A stretch of 64,000 nt of DNA from Flexilinea sp. GTDB taxonomy: Bacteria; Bacteroidota; Bacteroidia; Bacteroidales; Paludibacteraceae. Location of the stretch: positions 4,495 through 68,494 of the forward strand of contig CAVHRT010000001.1 in assembly GCA_963638355.1 (NCBI GenBank). Reading direction: 5' to 3'. The notes beneath the pieces were generated by a model, which ran no database searches, was not told the DNA's origin, and worked only from the letters and a program-made list of their open reading frames with translations. The position numbers were made by a program, and so were the translations under genes. Of this stretch, positions 9,922 to 19,153 are shown piece after piece (within the stretch, counting starts at the first letter, position 1; every line of letters starts with the position of its first letter).

Positions 9922-9984
9922 CTTGTTTAGATTGAGTCTAAATAAGCAATCGGTGAATTCTTCCGATGAAATGGCGTGTTTTTT
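9922..9984 (-). repeat. intergenic repeat element, copy 1 (hairpin module + CGCCATTTCATCGG box), inverted relative to the copy at 41629
   Basis: 9922-9947 is the exact reverse complement of 41659-41684 (26 nt). The box ccgatgaaatggcg lies 15 nt away, the same spacing as in the other copy. Confidence 0.65.
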
Positions 9985-10074
9985 AATTTTTTGCGAAACG
10001 GATTTGTTACTGATTTAGTAAATTTTAACAAGTCGTTTTAGAGCCATAAATCGCCATATCATAATTCTAAATTC

Positions 10075-10926
10075 CTAATTTTCAGCGTGAATTGGTCTGT
10101 GGGCGGCGCGGCGGTTCTCTTTTTCAATTTCGGGGAGAAGGGCGAGCGTGTCGGGCGTGAAGTAAGCTTGCGCAAAACGCTCCCAAACATATTGTACCGC
10201 CATGGGCGAAGGGTGCACCATGTCGTCGGCAAAAAAGCGGTAGTCGCGCAGTTCGTCCAACACTATTTCGTAGGCTGGAAAATAACGCACACCTTCGCAC
10301 TGTTGGCAGAGTGCCTCGGTGGCGAGCAGCAGCGTGGCTTTGCTGGTCTGGTTTTCGGTGGCGGCGTAGCGTATGGGGCTGACCGAAAGCAGAATTTTTA
10401 GCGCGGGATTTTCTTTTCGCAATGCGCCGAAAAGTGCGGTGTAGCGCGCCACAATCTCGTCGATGGTCAGGCGGCGGCGCACAAAAAGGTTGTTCGGCAC
10501 TTTGTGGCAGTTAGCCACAACAATTCCATTGAATTCATACACCCAAGCGGATCCAAAAGTGATGGTCAAAAGATCCGTTTTCTTCAGATTTTTACTTGCC
10601 AAAATGAAGCGCTCGTTCATCTTTTCGAGTGCTTTTTCTTTCGATTGATCGGAAAAACTGCCGTGGTGTAACCAACTGTGCCACAGGCCGTTGTGCTGAA
10701 AAAGCTCGTTAGCGGTGAATGGCTTGCCCGATAGCAGTCGCTCGAGGGCTTGCGCTATCGACAGCGGATTGTAGAGCACGCCAAACGGGTTCATGTCGAC
10801 TTGGAAACGATGGTCGATGAGCCGTTGCCCGATGTTTTCGGCAAAGCAGGAGCCAAGCAGCAGAAACGTCGTGTCGTGCGTGATGAATGGTTGCGGTTTT
10901 ATGGGAATGATGGTGCGGAAATCCAC
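10075..10926 (-). CDS. GSCFA domain protein
   Basis: It contains the literal family motif LLLGSCFAENIG near the N-terminus. 283 aa. Confidence 0.88.
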   Translation of the reverse strand: MDFRTIIPIKPQPFITHDTTFLLLGSCFAENIGQRLIDHRFQVDMNPFGVLYNPLSIAQALERLLSGKPFTANELFQHNGLWHSWLHHGSFSDQSKEKALEKMNERFILASKNLKKTDLLTITFGSAWVYEFNGIVVANCHKVPNNLFVRRRLTIDEIVARYTALFGALRKENPALKILLSVSPIRYAATENQTSKATLLLATEALCQQCEGVRYFPAYEIVLDELRDYRFFADDMVHPSPMAVQYVWERFAQAYFTPDTLALLPEIEKENRRAAHRPIHAEN

Positions 10927-11019
10927 GGAGAATTAAGAATTTAGAATTAAGAAGAGCTTTTCAGCCATATTCAATTTCAGTTCGCCACTTTATGAACTTT
11001 ATAAACTTGATGAACTTTT

Positions 11020-12729
11020 TTACTCTAGCGGAATTTCCACGACTTGCAAATTGGCATCAAGGCCATAGACGATGGAGTCGGGCGCAAAGGTGGGCGAGGC
11101 GAGGCTCTGCGCTGCATTCAATTTTGGATACGGCACATGACCCAACTGCAGCATGGTGGCAAAAAGCGTCATCGACGAGGTTTTGCTGCGTTTGTTTTGC
11201 TGCAGATTTTTTATTTCCGAAGGATATTTGCGAGCGTAACTGTCTGAATACCAGACGATCGTCGGCACATGAAATTCGTAGACGCTGCCGCTGTAGGTGC
11301 CGTGAAGTAGCATGTGGCGGTCGTCGTCGAGCAGATTTTCGCCATGGTCGCCAATGTAGAGCAGCAGGCATGGGCGCTCGGTTTTTTGCAGCATGCTGAT
11401 GGTGCTGTCGAGAAAGAAATCGGTGTAACGAATGGCGTTGTCGTACGAATTCACAAGAATGTTGCGCACTTCGTCAATCAGCACATTTTTGTCGCGATTG
11501 ATGGTGGCTTCGCGCAGGTTCATGGTGAGCGCTTCGATGTCGGGGCGCATGTTCAAATCGGGTAGAAAGGCGGTGCTATCGGCAGGGTAGCGACAGTTGT
11601 ATTTGTAGTGGCAGCCCAGCGAGTGCAGCACAACGAACTGTGATTGCCACGCTGTGTCGAGCAATGGTTGCAGATAGTGCAGCAAATTGATGTCGTAGCA
11701 TTCGTCGCCCGACGGAATGTAGTGTGTGTAGTCGCAATTGCCCGAAATGCGCATCAGAAATTGATTGCCGAAACTCTGGTCGGCTATCCAAGCGGTGGCG
11801 TAGCGCGCTTCGGCAAAGGCTTCGGGCAACGATTTTTGATGAATGTAGTCGGCTGCCGTTTGTGGCGTGGCGGGCGAAAGCATCAGCGGAACCGACACAG
11901 TAGTGAGATTTGCAACTGCATACACGCTATCGAACGAAATTAGATTCGTGCGCTGTTGCAGCCGTGGCGTGGTGTTGCGTGGGTAGCCGTTTATGCCGAA
12001 ATTGCCATAGCGCGCCGTTTCGCCAATCACCAGCACTATGGTTTCGCCTTGTGGTGTTGCGGTGGGTTTTATTCCGAAGGAGAAATTTTCGAGTTGTTGC
12101 GCTGTGGCATCAATTTGGTGGTGCAGTTGCACAATGTCGATGGCGTGGTGCAGCATGTTCAGCGGTTGCACGCGTGTGACTACGCCCTCGTGGCGCTCGT
12201 TGTGTATCGGGAAAACGAGATGATGCCGTGCAATGCCATCGCTGCTGATGGCGCCAAAAAGCATTATGCCCATCAAAAGTTCGGCGGAACCAAGAATGCG
12301 TCTGCCACGATGGCTGAAAAGTGGTGTTTGGTTGTCTATCTTGTTGAAAATGAGCCAAAAATAGCCGCCAAACAACATCAGCGCAAGTACCGCAATGGGC
12401 CAACCGGTGGAACAGAGTTCGAGAAATTCGCCTGGTTCGGCAATGAAAATGGTGTTGACAAACAGGAGCGATGTTGTGGCGTGATAAAGTACCAAATGCA
12501 CAGTCTCGACCAAGCCTGTGAGCAGCGTGATGCTGTGAAAAGTGAAGAATGCTCGTGGGCGCAGCAGCAGTGCGGGCAACAAAAACCACATGGTGCCGCA
12601 AAGCAGGTAGAGTAACCGCATTGGCACAGAGCCAAGGTCGGTGGCAATGATGCTCGCTAGCAGATAAGGCGCAAGTATCAGCAGCGAAAGTGCTGCGCGC
12701 AAAGGTCGTTGTTGCTTATCGGTTTGCAT
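11020..12729 (-). CDS. phosphoethanolamine transferase (EptA/sulfatase-like, lipid A/LPS modification)
   Basis: The N-terminus is multi-TM and is followed by a sulfatase-type domain with VLVIGETARYGNF, HSLGCHYKYNCRYP and YIGDHGENL. Confidence 0.82.
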   Translation of the reverse strand: MQTDKQQRPLRAALSLLILAPYLLASIIATDLGSVPMRLLYLLCGTMWFLLPALLLRPRAFFTFHSITLLTGLVETVHLVLYHATTSLLFVNTIFIAEPGEFLELCSTGWPIAVLALMLFGGYFWLIFNKIDNQTPLFSHRGRRILGSAELLMGIMLFGAISSDGIARHHLVFPIHNERHEGVVTRVQPLNMLHHAIDIVQLHHQIDATAQQLENFSFGIKPTATPQGETIVLVIGETARYGNFGINGYPRNTTPRLQQRTNLISFDSVYAVANLTTVSVPLMLSPATPQTAADYIHQKSLPEAFAEARYATAWIADQSFGNQFLMRISGNCDYTHYIPSGDECYDINLLHYLQPLLDTAWQSQFVVLHSLGCHYKYNCRYPADSTAFLPDLNMRPDIEALTMNLREATINRDKNVLIDEVRNILVNSYDNAIRYTDFFLDSTISMLQKTERPCLLLYIGDHGENLLDDDRHMLLHGTYSGSVYEFHVPTIVWYSDSYARKYPSEIKNLQQNKRSKTSSMTLFATMLQLGHVPYPKLNAAQSLASPTFAPDSIVYGLDANLQVVEIPLE

Positions 12730-12733
12730 TCGC

Positions 12734-15094
12734 TTATCGGTTGATAATCAGAATTTTAGTGGTTTCGTGCTGTTTGCCGTCGGGACTGAAGCACATGGCC
12801 AGATAGATGCCCGTTGCCACGCGTTCGCCATTGCTGCGATTGCCATCCCAAGTGGCGATGCCGCCATTCGAGATGGTTTCGTAAACCACATTTCCTGCGA
12901 TGTCGGTAATCTTCACTCGCGTGTCGGTAACCAAGCCTGTGATGGTGATTACGCCAGTGTAATCTTCGCGAACTGGGTTGGGGAAGGCGTGTACATTTGT
13001 GAATTGCTCGTTGCCTTCGTTGGCATCCGATTGGTACGAAATCAAGCCATTGCCCGTGCCGAAAAATACTTCGCCCGTCTTGTCGTTTATGCCAATGCTG
13101 ATGATGTTGTCCGACAGCAGCGGACTATTTTCGCTGGTGAAATGGTGAATCGTTTCCAATCCATCGTCTGAAACTAGGAAAACACCACTCGCTTCGGTGC
13201 CAATCCATTTGCGGTTCGAACCATCGACGGCAATGGCGTTTATCTGAATGCCATCGAGCAGATAGTCGGCTAGGTTGGTGCCATCGTTGCGCGGAATTTT
13301 CACACGCGAGCAGATGAACCCGTCTTCGAAGGCTTTCAGTTGATTGCTCAGCACGCAGATGCCATCGGTAGAACCAATCCAAAGGCGATTGTCTTGATCT
13401 TGCGCAATGCAGCGGAAGTTGGTTGGCGCATATTTGTTGCCGTCTTGGTCGGTAAACGATTTGAAATAGCGCGTAACATCGTCCGAAGTTTTGCTCGGCG
13501 TGCCGTTGTCGTAGAATGTGAAAAGTGCAGTCGTAGAGCCACTTTGTTCGCGTGGAATCAGCACCCATTTTTGGTGCGTATCTTGGTTCGAAATGATGAT
13601 GTCTTGCGCGGTCTCGATTTGTTGTAATCCGCTGAAATTCAATGCTCGGATTGTTCCATCGGGTTCGCGGTATTTTATCAATTTCACGGCACTCGACGAT
13701 GGCATATTCAGAAACCACAGATTGCCCTCTTTGTCGTAGGTCAGACCATCGAGTCGATGATAGCAATAGTAGGCACTTTCGGGTTTTCGCTGCGGGTAAA
13801 TGGTTTCTACGTCGCTATTGTCGGCATTGTAGAGTTTGTATGGCTGGTCATCGCGAAATTCGTAAAGTCCCATGCCGTATGCTGCCACAAAAAAGTGCTT
13901 TTTGTCGCTTGGGTCGATGGCAACATCAACGAAATCGGTGGCGTTGATGTAATTCGATGAGTGATCTTGCTTGGTGACGGTGTTTATGTCGCTCTGTATG
14001 ATGTTCGTCCAAGTGTTGTTTTCGAAAATCATCACATGTCCAGCACGCTGATATTGGCTTGCCCATCTGCCGCCGGGAACTACAAAAATGCGTCCGTCGC
14101 TGTAGCGAATGCGCCATGCGTAGTTGGTTTGCGGACCGTTTGGTCGATAAATGTTGACATCTTTGGTGCTTGGCGTTATGCGCGCAATGCCTGCAAGGTT
14201 GGCGGCGGTCCATATTTGGTTGTCGATGGAGTCGTACGATGCCATGCAGATGCCGTCGTTGTAGAATGTTTCGCTGCTTTTGGGTGTCAGCATCTGAAAA
14301 TTGTGCTCTGCGCAGATGAACAATCTGTCGTTTTCGGCATTTAGTCCAACTATACTAGTGTAGATTTTGTTCCAATCGCTGCCTTTTTGGCGATAGACGG
14401 TGCTGTCGCTTTGCAGCAAGTAGAGCGCGCCATTGTAGGCCACAGCGCATTTGTTGGTGATTTTGCTGGTGGTGGCGGTTGCAATTTTCGTCCAGTTTTC
14501 GAAATTTGCCAAGTTTTTGCCCGAGGTTGGCGCGGTGAAAATGGCGTTGGTTGTGGTGGCGTACCATTGACCATCGTTCTGAGTGATGGTGAGCACTGCC
14601 ACTTTATCGCCATTGTCGCCAATGGTGTAGGTGTCGGCCACTTCGCGTCGCTCGAGGTCGAGCACCAAAATGCCAAAATCGCACGCCAAGTAGGCATATT
14701 TTCCGTTACAAAAAATCTGATTGATATTTTTGCTGCCCGCCATATTTTTTCGGTAGAGGTCGGTGATATTGTAAACTTCGCCATTGCAAAGCAGGTCGAT
14801 GTTGGCGTTGGCATAGCCCACGACAAGCGTTTTGGCTGCGTCGGAATAGGCAATTGTCGATACGGTATTGTCGTTCAAACCAGTTATTTTCGATAGCAAC
14901 TCCACCGCGTCGTCGTCCTTATCGACCGAATAGAGCGCGCCGGCACTCACGCCATACACTTTGTCGGGCGTTTGGGCTATCACTTGCGTGTTGGTGTATG
15001 CCAAATGTGTGCGCCAACTGCCAATGGCTCGCTGCTCGGCTTGCACCGAGAGCGTGGCGACGAAAATCAGGGCAAGAATAGTGGTTTTTCTCAT
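12734..15094 (-). CDS. porZ: type IX secretion component PorZ-like (double beta-propeller + T9SS C-terminal domain)
   Basis: 786 aa with a signal peptide. The N-terminus WRTHLAYTNTQVIAQTPDKVYGVSAGALYSVDKDD...ITGLNDNTVSTIAYS...GYANANIDLL is followed by a T9SS-type CTD (...HAFPNPVREDYTGVITITGL...ATGIYLAMCFSPDGKQHETTKILIINR). Confidence 0.7.
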   Translation of the reverse strand: MRKTTILALIFVATLSVQAEQRAIGSWRTHLAYTNTQVIAQTPDKVYGVSAGALYSVDKDDDAVELLSKITGLNDNTVSTIAYSDAAKTLVVGYANANIDLLCNGEVYNITDLYRKNMAGSKNINQIFCNGKYAYLACDFGILVLDLERREVADTYTIGDNGDKVAVLTITQNDGQWYATTTNAIFTAPTSGKNLANFENWTKIATATTSKITNKCAVAYNGALYLLQSDSTVYRQKGSDWNKIYTSIVGLNAENDRLFICAEHNFQMLTPKSSETFYNDGICMASYDSIDNQIWTAANLAGIARITPSTKDVNIYRPNGPQTNYAWRIRYSDGRIFVVPGGRWASQYQRAGHVMIFENNTWTNIIQSDINTVTKQDHSSNYINATDFVDVAIDPSDKKHFFVAAYGMGLYEFRDDQPYKLYNADNSDVETIYPQRKPESAYYCYHRLDGLTYDKEGNLWFLNMPSSSAVKLIKYREPDGTIRALNFSGLQQIETAQDIIISNQDTHQKWVLIPREQSGSTTALFTFYDNGTPSKTSDDVTRYFKSFTDQDGNKYAPTNFRCIAQDQDNRLWIGSTDGICVLSNQLKAFEDGFICSRVKIPRNDGTNLADYLLDGIQINAIAVDGSNRKWIGTEASGVFLVSDDGLETIHHFTSENSPLLSDNIISIGINDKTGEVFFGTGNGLISYQSDANEGNEQFTNVHAFPNPVREDYTGVITITGLVTDTRVKITDIAGNVVYETISNGGIATWDGNRSNGERVATGIYLAMCFSPDGKQHETTKILIINR

Positions 15095-15098
15095 GGGG

Positions 15099-15216
15099 AA
15101 AAATTTCAGATTTCAAATTTCAGATTTGGGGCGGAGAACCTGTCGAACCGCAGAATCTTCATCTTTTGCAGTTGGCAGTTCTTAATTCTAAATTCATAAT
15201 TCTAAATTCATAATTC
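15099..15216 (+). repeat. composite intergenic repeat, copy 1 (AT-word array / 60-nt core / AT-word array)
   Basis: The core ggcggagaacctgtcgaaccgcagaatcttcatcttttgcagttggcagttcttaattc matches the reverse complement of 34027-34080 region with only about 2 mismatches. It fills the whole rdgB-porZ spacer. Confidence 0.75.
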
Positions 15217-15813
15217 TTAATTGATTTTACTCCTAGTTCCTAATTTTTGAAGGTATTCTTTCATCTGCATCATTGCTCGGGCGCGGTGGCTGATGGCATT
15301 TTTTTCGTCGGCTGTCATTTGCGCAAAGGTTTTGTTTGTGCTGTCGGGCATGAAAAGTCGGTCGTAGCCAAAGCCGCTTTCGCCGCGCTCGGTGTCGATA
15401 ATTTTGCCCTCAACCGTGCCTTCGAAAGTCATCTCTTCGCCATCGATAATCAGTGCCACCACGGTGCGGAAGCGTGCTCGGCGATTGTCGATGCCGCGCA
15501 GGTGTTCGAGCAGTTTCTGTCGGTTGCGCTCCGAGTTGGCTGGTTCGCCAGCATAGCGCGCTGAATAAACGCCCGGTTCGCCACCAAGCGCATCAACCTC
15601 CAGACCAGTGTCGTCGGCAAAACAGTTTACGCCATAGTGGCGCACCAGAAAACGCGCCTTTTGCAGGGCATTGTCGCGCAGCGTGTGACCAGTCTCGGGC
15701 AGTTCGCCCCAAATGTCGAGCGCATTCAGACTTTGCAGATCGATGGCATCGCCAAGAATAGCGCGCGCCTCGTCAAGTTTATGCGCATTGTGAGTGGCAA
15801 AATAGAGTTTCAT
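15217..15813 (-). CDS. rdgB: non-canonical purine NTP pyrophosphatase (RdgB/HAM1)
   Basis: MKLYFATHNAHKLDEARAIL, FADDTGLEVDALGGEPGVYSARYAG and ESGFGYD. Confidence 0.9.
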   Translation of the reverse strand: MKLYFATHNAHKLDEARAILGDAIDLQSLNALDIWGELPETGHTLRDNALQKARFLVRHYGVNCFADDTGLEVDALGGEPGVYSARYAGEPANSERNRQKLLEHLRGIDNRRARFRTVVALIIDGEEMTFEGTVEGKIIDTERGESGFGYDRLFMPDSTNKTFAQMTADEKNAISHRARAMMQMKEYLQKLGTRSKIN

Positions 15814-15892
15814 GACATCAGTTATAAAGTGGAAAGTTTGTAAAGTTCATAAAGTTTTGCAATGCTCGGGAAAATTCTTTCACTAAAATCTG

Positions 15893-15900
15893 CAAAGATA
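15893..15900 (-). promoter_or_regulatory. candidate -7 promoter box (TATCTTTG on minus strand) for rdgB
   Basis: caaagata on the + strand reads tatctttg on the minus strand, 80 nt upstream of the rdgB ATG. Confidence 0.3.
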
Positions 15901-16004
15901 CAAAATGAATCTGAAAAAACACGCTTTTTTACCCAAAATGCAGCAAATTTGATGTTTTTGCGTCGATTTATTGGGAAAATTTTGGACAAATTGCACACTT
16001 TTTG

Positions 16005-16012
16005 TAAATTTG
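16005..16012 (+). promoter_or_regulatory. candidate -7 promoter box (TAAATTTG) for rnr
   Basis: taaatttg, with a TTTG at 15981-15984 (20 nt upstream). Confidence 0.35.
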
Positions 16013-16034
16013 CAGGTTAATTCGACTGATAATA

Positions 16035-18164
16035 TTGTTTCCAATGAAAAATTCTCCGATAAATAGACTTCAACAGCAACTGCTCGCGGTACTTTCTATT
16101 GCGCCAAATAAACCGCAAAACTACAAGCAGTTGGCTCATGCGCTCGACATGAACTCGGCTAAGCAGCGCCGCCAAGTTACCGCTGCACTCGACGAATTGT
16201 GCGCTCAAGGTGCCATTTCGCAGATTTCGGCTGGCAGGTATCGCATCAACATGCGGCAGAGCTATGTTACGGGCATTCTCGATCGCCAAACGGTGGCAAA
16301 AAAGACCTATCTCATTCCCGACGATGGCGGCGAATCGGTGTTTGTGGCAGAACGCAGCATGGGTTGCGCACTCAATGGCGACCATGTGAAGGTGATGCTC
16401 TATCCGCGCCGCAAAGATCGTGAACCTGAGGGCGAGGTGGTTGAGGTTCTGGAACGCGCACAAAGCACTTTTGTCGGCATTTTGGAGGTGAAATCGTCGG
16501 TTGCTTTCTTGAATATCGATCGCAAGCAGCTGGTTCACGACTTGTTTATTCCGCTCGATAAACTGCATGGCGCAAAAGATGGACAAAAGTGCATCGGGCG
16601 CATTGTGGAGTGGGACGACAAAGCCAAAAATCCTATCGGCGAAATAGTGGAAGTGCTTGGCGAAGTGGGCAACAACGAGACCGAAATGCATGCCATTTTG
16701 GCAGAATTTGGATTGCCTTACAAATATCCTGCAGAGCCCGAAGCCGCTGCCGAAAAAATTGATGCTGGTATCACTCCCGAAGAGATTTCCCGCCGCATCG
16801 ATATGCGCGAAGTCTGCACTTTCACCATCGACCCTGCCGACGCAAAAGATTTTGACGATGCGCTCTCCATTCGTCGCCTCGACAATGGCTTGTGGGAAGT
16901 GGGCGTTCACATTGCCGACGTTACGCACTATGTGAAAGAGGGCGACATCATCGATCAAGAGGCGTATAATCGCGCCACATCGGTCTATTTGGTCGATCGC
17001 ACTGTGCCAATGCTGCCCGAAAGGCTTTGCAATGGCATCTGCTCGCTCCGTCCCGACGAAGAAAAATTGGCATACTCCGTCATCTTCAAAATGAATGATG
17101 AGGCGGAAGTTCAGCAATATAAAATTGCGCGCACGGTCATTCGCTCGAACCGACGTTTTACATACGATGAGGCGCAGCAGCGCATCGAAACGGGCGAGGG
17201 CGACTATGCCGAAGAGATACTTACGCTCGATCGTTTGGCAAAATTGCTTCGCAAAGAGCGTTTTGCGCATGGCGCCATTGCGTTCGATCGTGTAGAGACG
17301 CGTTTCGAAATTGATGAAAAAGGCAAGCCGCTGAGCGTCTATTTCAAAGAATCGAAAGATGCCAACAAGCTCATCGAAGAGTTTATGCTTTTGGCCAACA
17401 AAACTGTGGCAACGCACATTGGCAAACCCAACAAGCGCGGCGACGAGCCGAAAGTGTTCGTATACCGCATTCACGATGTGCCAAATCCCGATAAATTGGA
17501 AAATCTCTCGCAGTTCATCAAACGGTTTGGTTACAAATTGAAGACTTCGGGCAGCAATGCTAGCGTGTCGTCGGCCATCAACGGACTATTGACGCAGGTG
17601 GAAGGCAAAAAAGAGCAAAATCTGATAGAAACGCTAACTATTCGATCCATGGCAAAAGCCATCTATAGCACCGAAAACTGCGGTCACTACGGCTTGGCGT
17701 TCGATTACTACACGCATTTCACATCGCCCATTCGCCGCTATCCCGACATGATGGTTCATCGCTTGCTGACGCGCTATCTGCATGGTGGAAAAAGCGTTGA
17801 CGCCACCACTTGGGAAGAGTATTGCAAGCACAGCAGTGACATGGAGCAGTTGGCTGCCAACGCCGAGCGCGCATCGATAAAGTACAAACAAGTGGAGTAC
17901 ATGCGCGACCACATCGGGCAGATTTACGATGGTGTGATTTCGGGCGTCACCGAGTGGGGCATCTATGTGGAACTGAACGAAAACAAGTGCGAAGGCATGA
18001 TCTCCATTCGCGAACTTGGCAACGACTATTACATGTTTGACGAGAAAAATTACTGCATCGTTGGGCGCACATCGGGCAAAAAGTTCCAACTTGGCGATCC
18101 GCTTACCGTTCGCATTGCTCGTGCCGATTTGATAAAGAAACAGCTTGATTTTCAACTGGTTTGA
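16035..18164 (+). CDS. rnr: ribonuclease R
   Basis: 709 aa. RNB motifs TIDPADAKDFDDALS, VYLVDRTVPMLPE and HYGLAFDYYTHFTSPIRRYPD, plus a C-terminal S1 domain (YDGVISGVTEWGIYVEL). An alternative start lies at 16044. Confidence 0.95.
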   Translation: MFPMKNSPINRLQQQLLAVLSIAPNKPQNYKQLAHALDMNSAKQRRQVTAALDELCAQGAISQISAGRYRINMRQSYVTGILDRQTVAKKTYLIPDDGGESVFVAERSMGCALNGDHVKVMLYPRRKDREPEGEVVEVLERAQSTFVGILEVKSSVAFLNIDRKQLVHDLFIPLDKLHGAKDGQKCIGRIVEWDDKAKNPIGEIVEVLGEVGNNETEMHAILAEFGLPYKYPAEPEAAAEKIDAGITPEEISRRIDMREVCTFTIDPADAKDFDDALSIRRLDNGLWEVGVHIADVTHYVKEGDIIDQEAYNRATSVYLVDRTVPMLPERLCNGICSLRPDEEKLAYSVIFKMNDEAEVQQYKIARTVIRSNRRFTYDEAQQRIETGEGDYAEEILTLDRLAKLLRKERFAHGAIAFDRVETRFEIDEKGKPLSVYFKESKDANKLIEEFMLLANKTVATHIGKPNKRGDEPKVFVYRIHDVPNPDKLENLSQFIKRFGYKLKTSGSNASVSSAINGLLTQVEGKKEQNLIETLTIRSMAKAIYSTENCGHYGLAFDYYTHFTSPIRRYPDMMVHRLLTRYLHGGKSVDATTWEEYCKHSSDMEQLAANAERASIKYKQVEYMRDHIGQIYDGVISGVTEWGIYVELNENKCEGMISIRELGNDYYMFDEKNYCIVGRTSGKKFQLGDPLTVRIARADLIKKQLDFQLV

Positions 18165-18297
18165 AAATAGTTAGAAGTGAGAAGTTAGAAGTGAGCAGTG
18201 TGGCTGAGATTATAATCTTTTCTTGCTACTTGCTACTCATATCTTGCGACTATCAACCAGAAATTAGAAATTTAGAAATCAGAAATAATTTTGAAAA

Positions 18298-19002
18298 ATG
18301 AAGAACAACTTAATCGGAGCATCAATTGTGGCGGTGGCCATAGTGGTGCTGGGCTTTTGCCTGAAAGCAGGAATTGATAATTATGCCTATCGCGACCGCA
18401 GTGTGTCGGTGCGCGGTTTGGCCGAAGTAGATGTGCCAGCCGACCATGTAACCTGTCCGCTGGTTTTCAAAGAGAGCGGCAACGATCTGCTTGCGCTCTA
18501 CAATGTAATCAACACCAAGAGTGAGGCCATCGTCGATTTCATCGTGGCGAGCGGCATCGACAAGACTGACATCACGCTGTCGGCTCCCGAGGTGGTCGAT
18601 ATGCAGACCGAACGCTATGTGAGCAACGAACAACAACGCGCTCGCTACATCTGCACGGCGGTGGTTACCATCTCGAGTGACAAAGTCGACACGGTGCGTG
18701 CGCTGCTTGGCCGACAGAGCGAATTGCTCAAAAAAGGCATTGCGCTCTCGGGCGACGACTATCGCTATCAAACCGTTTACGACTTCACAAAACTGAACGA
18801 TTTGAAGCCCGAAATGATTGAAAACGCCACCAAAAATGCGCGCGCTGCAGCCGAAAAATTTGCAACCGACAGCAATAGCAAACTTGGCGGCATTAAACAC
18901 GCTTCGCAAGGGCTGTTCACCGTCGAAAGCCGCGACGCCAACACGCCATTCATCAAACATGTGCGCGTGGTTACTTCGGTTGAATACTATCTGAATAATT
19001 AG
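18298..19002 (+). CDS. SIMPL (DUF541) domain protein
   Basis: 234 aa with an N-terminal TM/signal segment. The pattern ...SGIDKTDITLS...NARAAAEKFATDSNSKLGGIKHASQG is typical of SIMPL proteins. Confidence 0.65.
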   Translation: MKNNLIGASIVAVAIVVLGFCLKAGIDNYAYRDRSVSVRGLAEVDVPADHVTCPLVFKESGNDLLALYNVINTKSEAIVDFIVASGIDKTDITLSAPEVVDMQTERYVSNEQQRARYICTAVVTISSDKVDTVRALLGRQSELLKKGIALSGDDYRYQTVYDFTKLNDLKPEMIENATKNARAAAEKFATDSNSKLGGIKHASQGLFTVESRDANTPFIKHVRVVTSVEYYLNN

Positions 19003-19107
19003 AAAATTTCAAATTTCAAATTTCAAATTTCAGATTAGGGTATCCACGACCAACTGCAGAATGCTGTGGCGCGCGAAACTTTATGAACTTTATAACTTTA
19101 CAAACCT
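19000..19107 (+). repeat. ~108-nt direct repeat, copy A (starts at the TAG stop of the SIMPL gene)
   Basis: tag-aaaa-(tttcaaa)x4-tttcagatt-aggg-tatccacgaccaactgcagaatgctg...gcgcgaaactttatgaactttataactttac. It is about 88% identical to 19820-19927 by hand alignment. Confidence 0.75.
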
Positions 19108-19153
19108 TATAAACTTATCAACTAAATAATAACCCTTTTAATCAACCAAAATT

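Noticed and set aside
19006-19035. Possible CRISPR or other spacer-repeat array among the tandem AT-rich words (also at 15181-15223, 22610-22645 and 25475-25515).
   Set aside because: The units are only 7-14 nt and are contiguous with no unique spacers. No cas genes are in the window.
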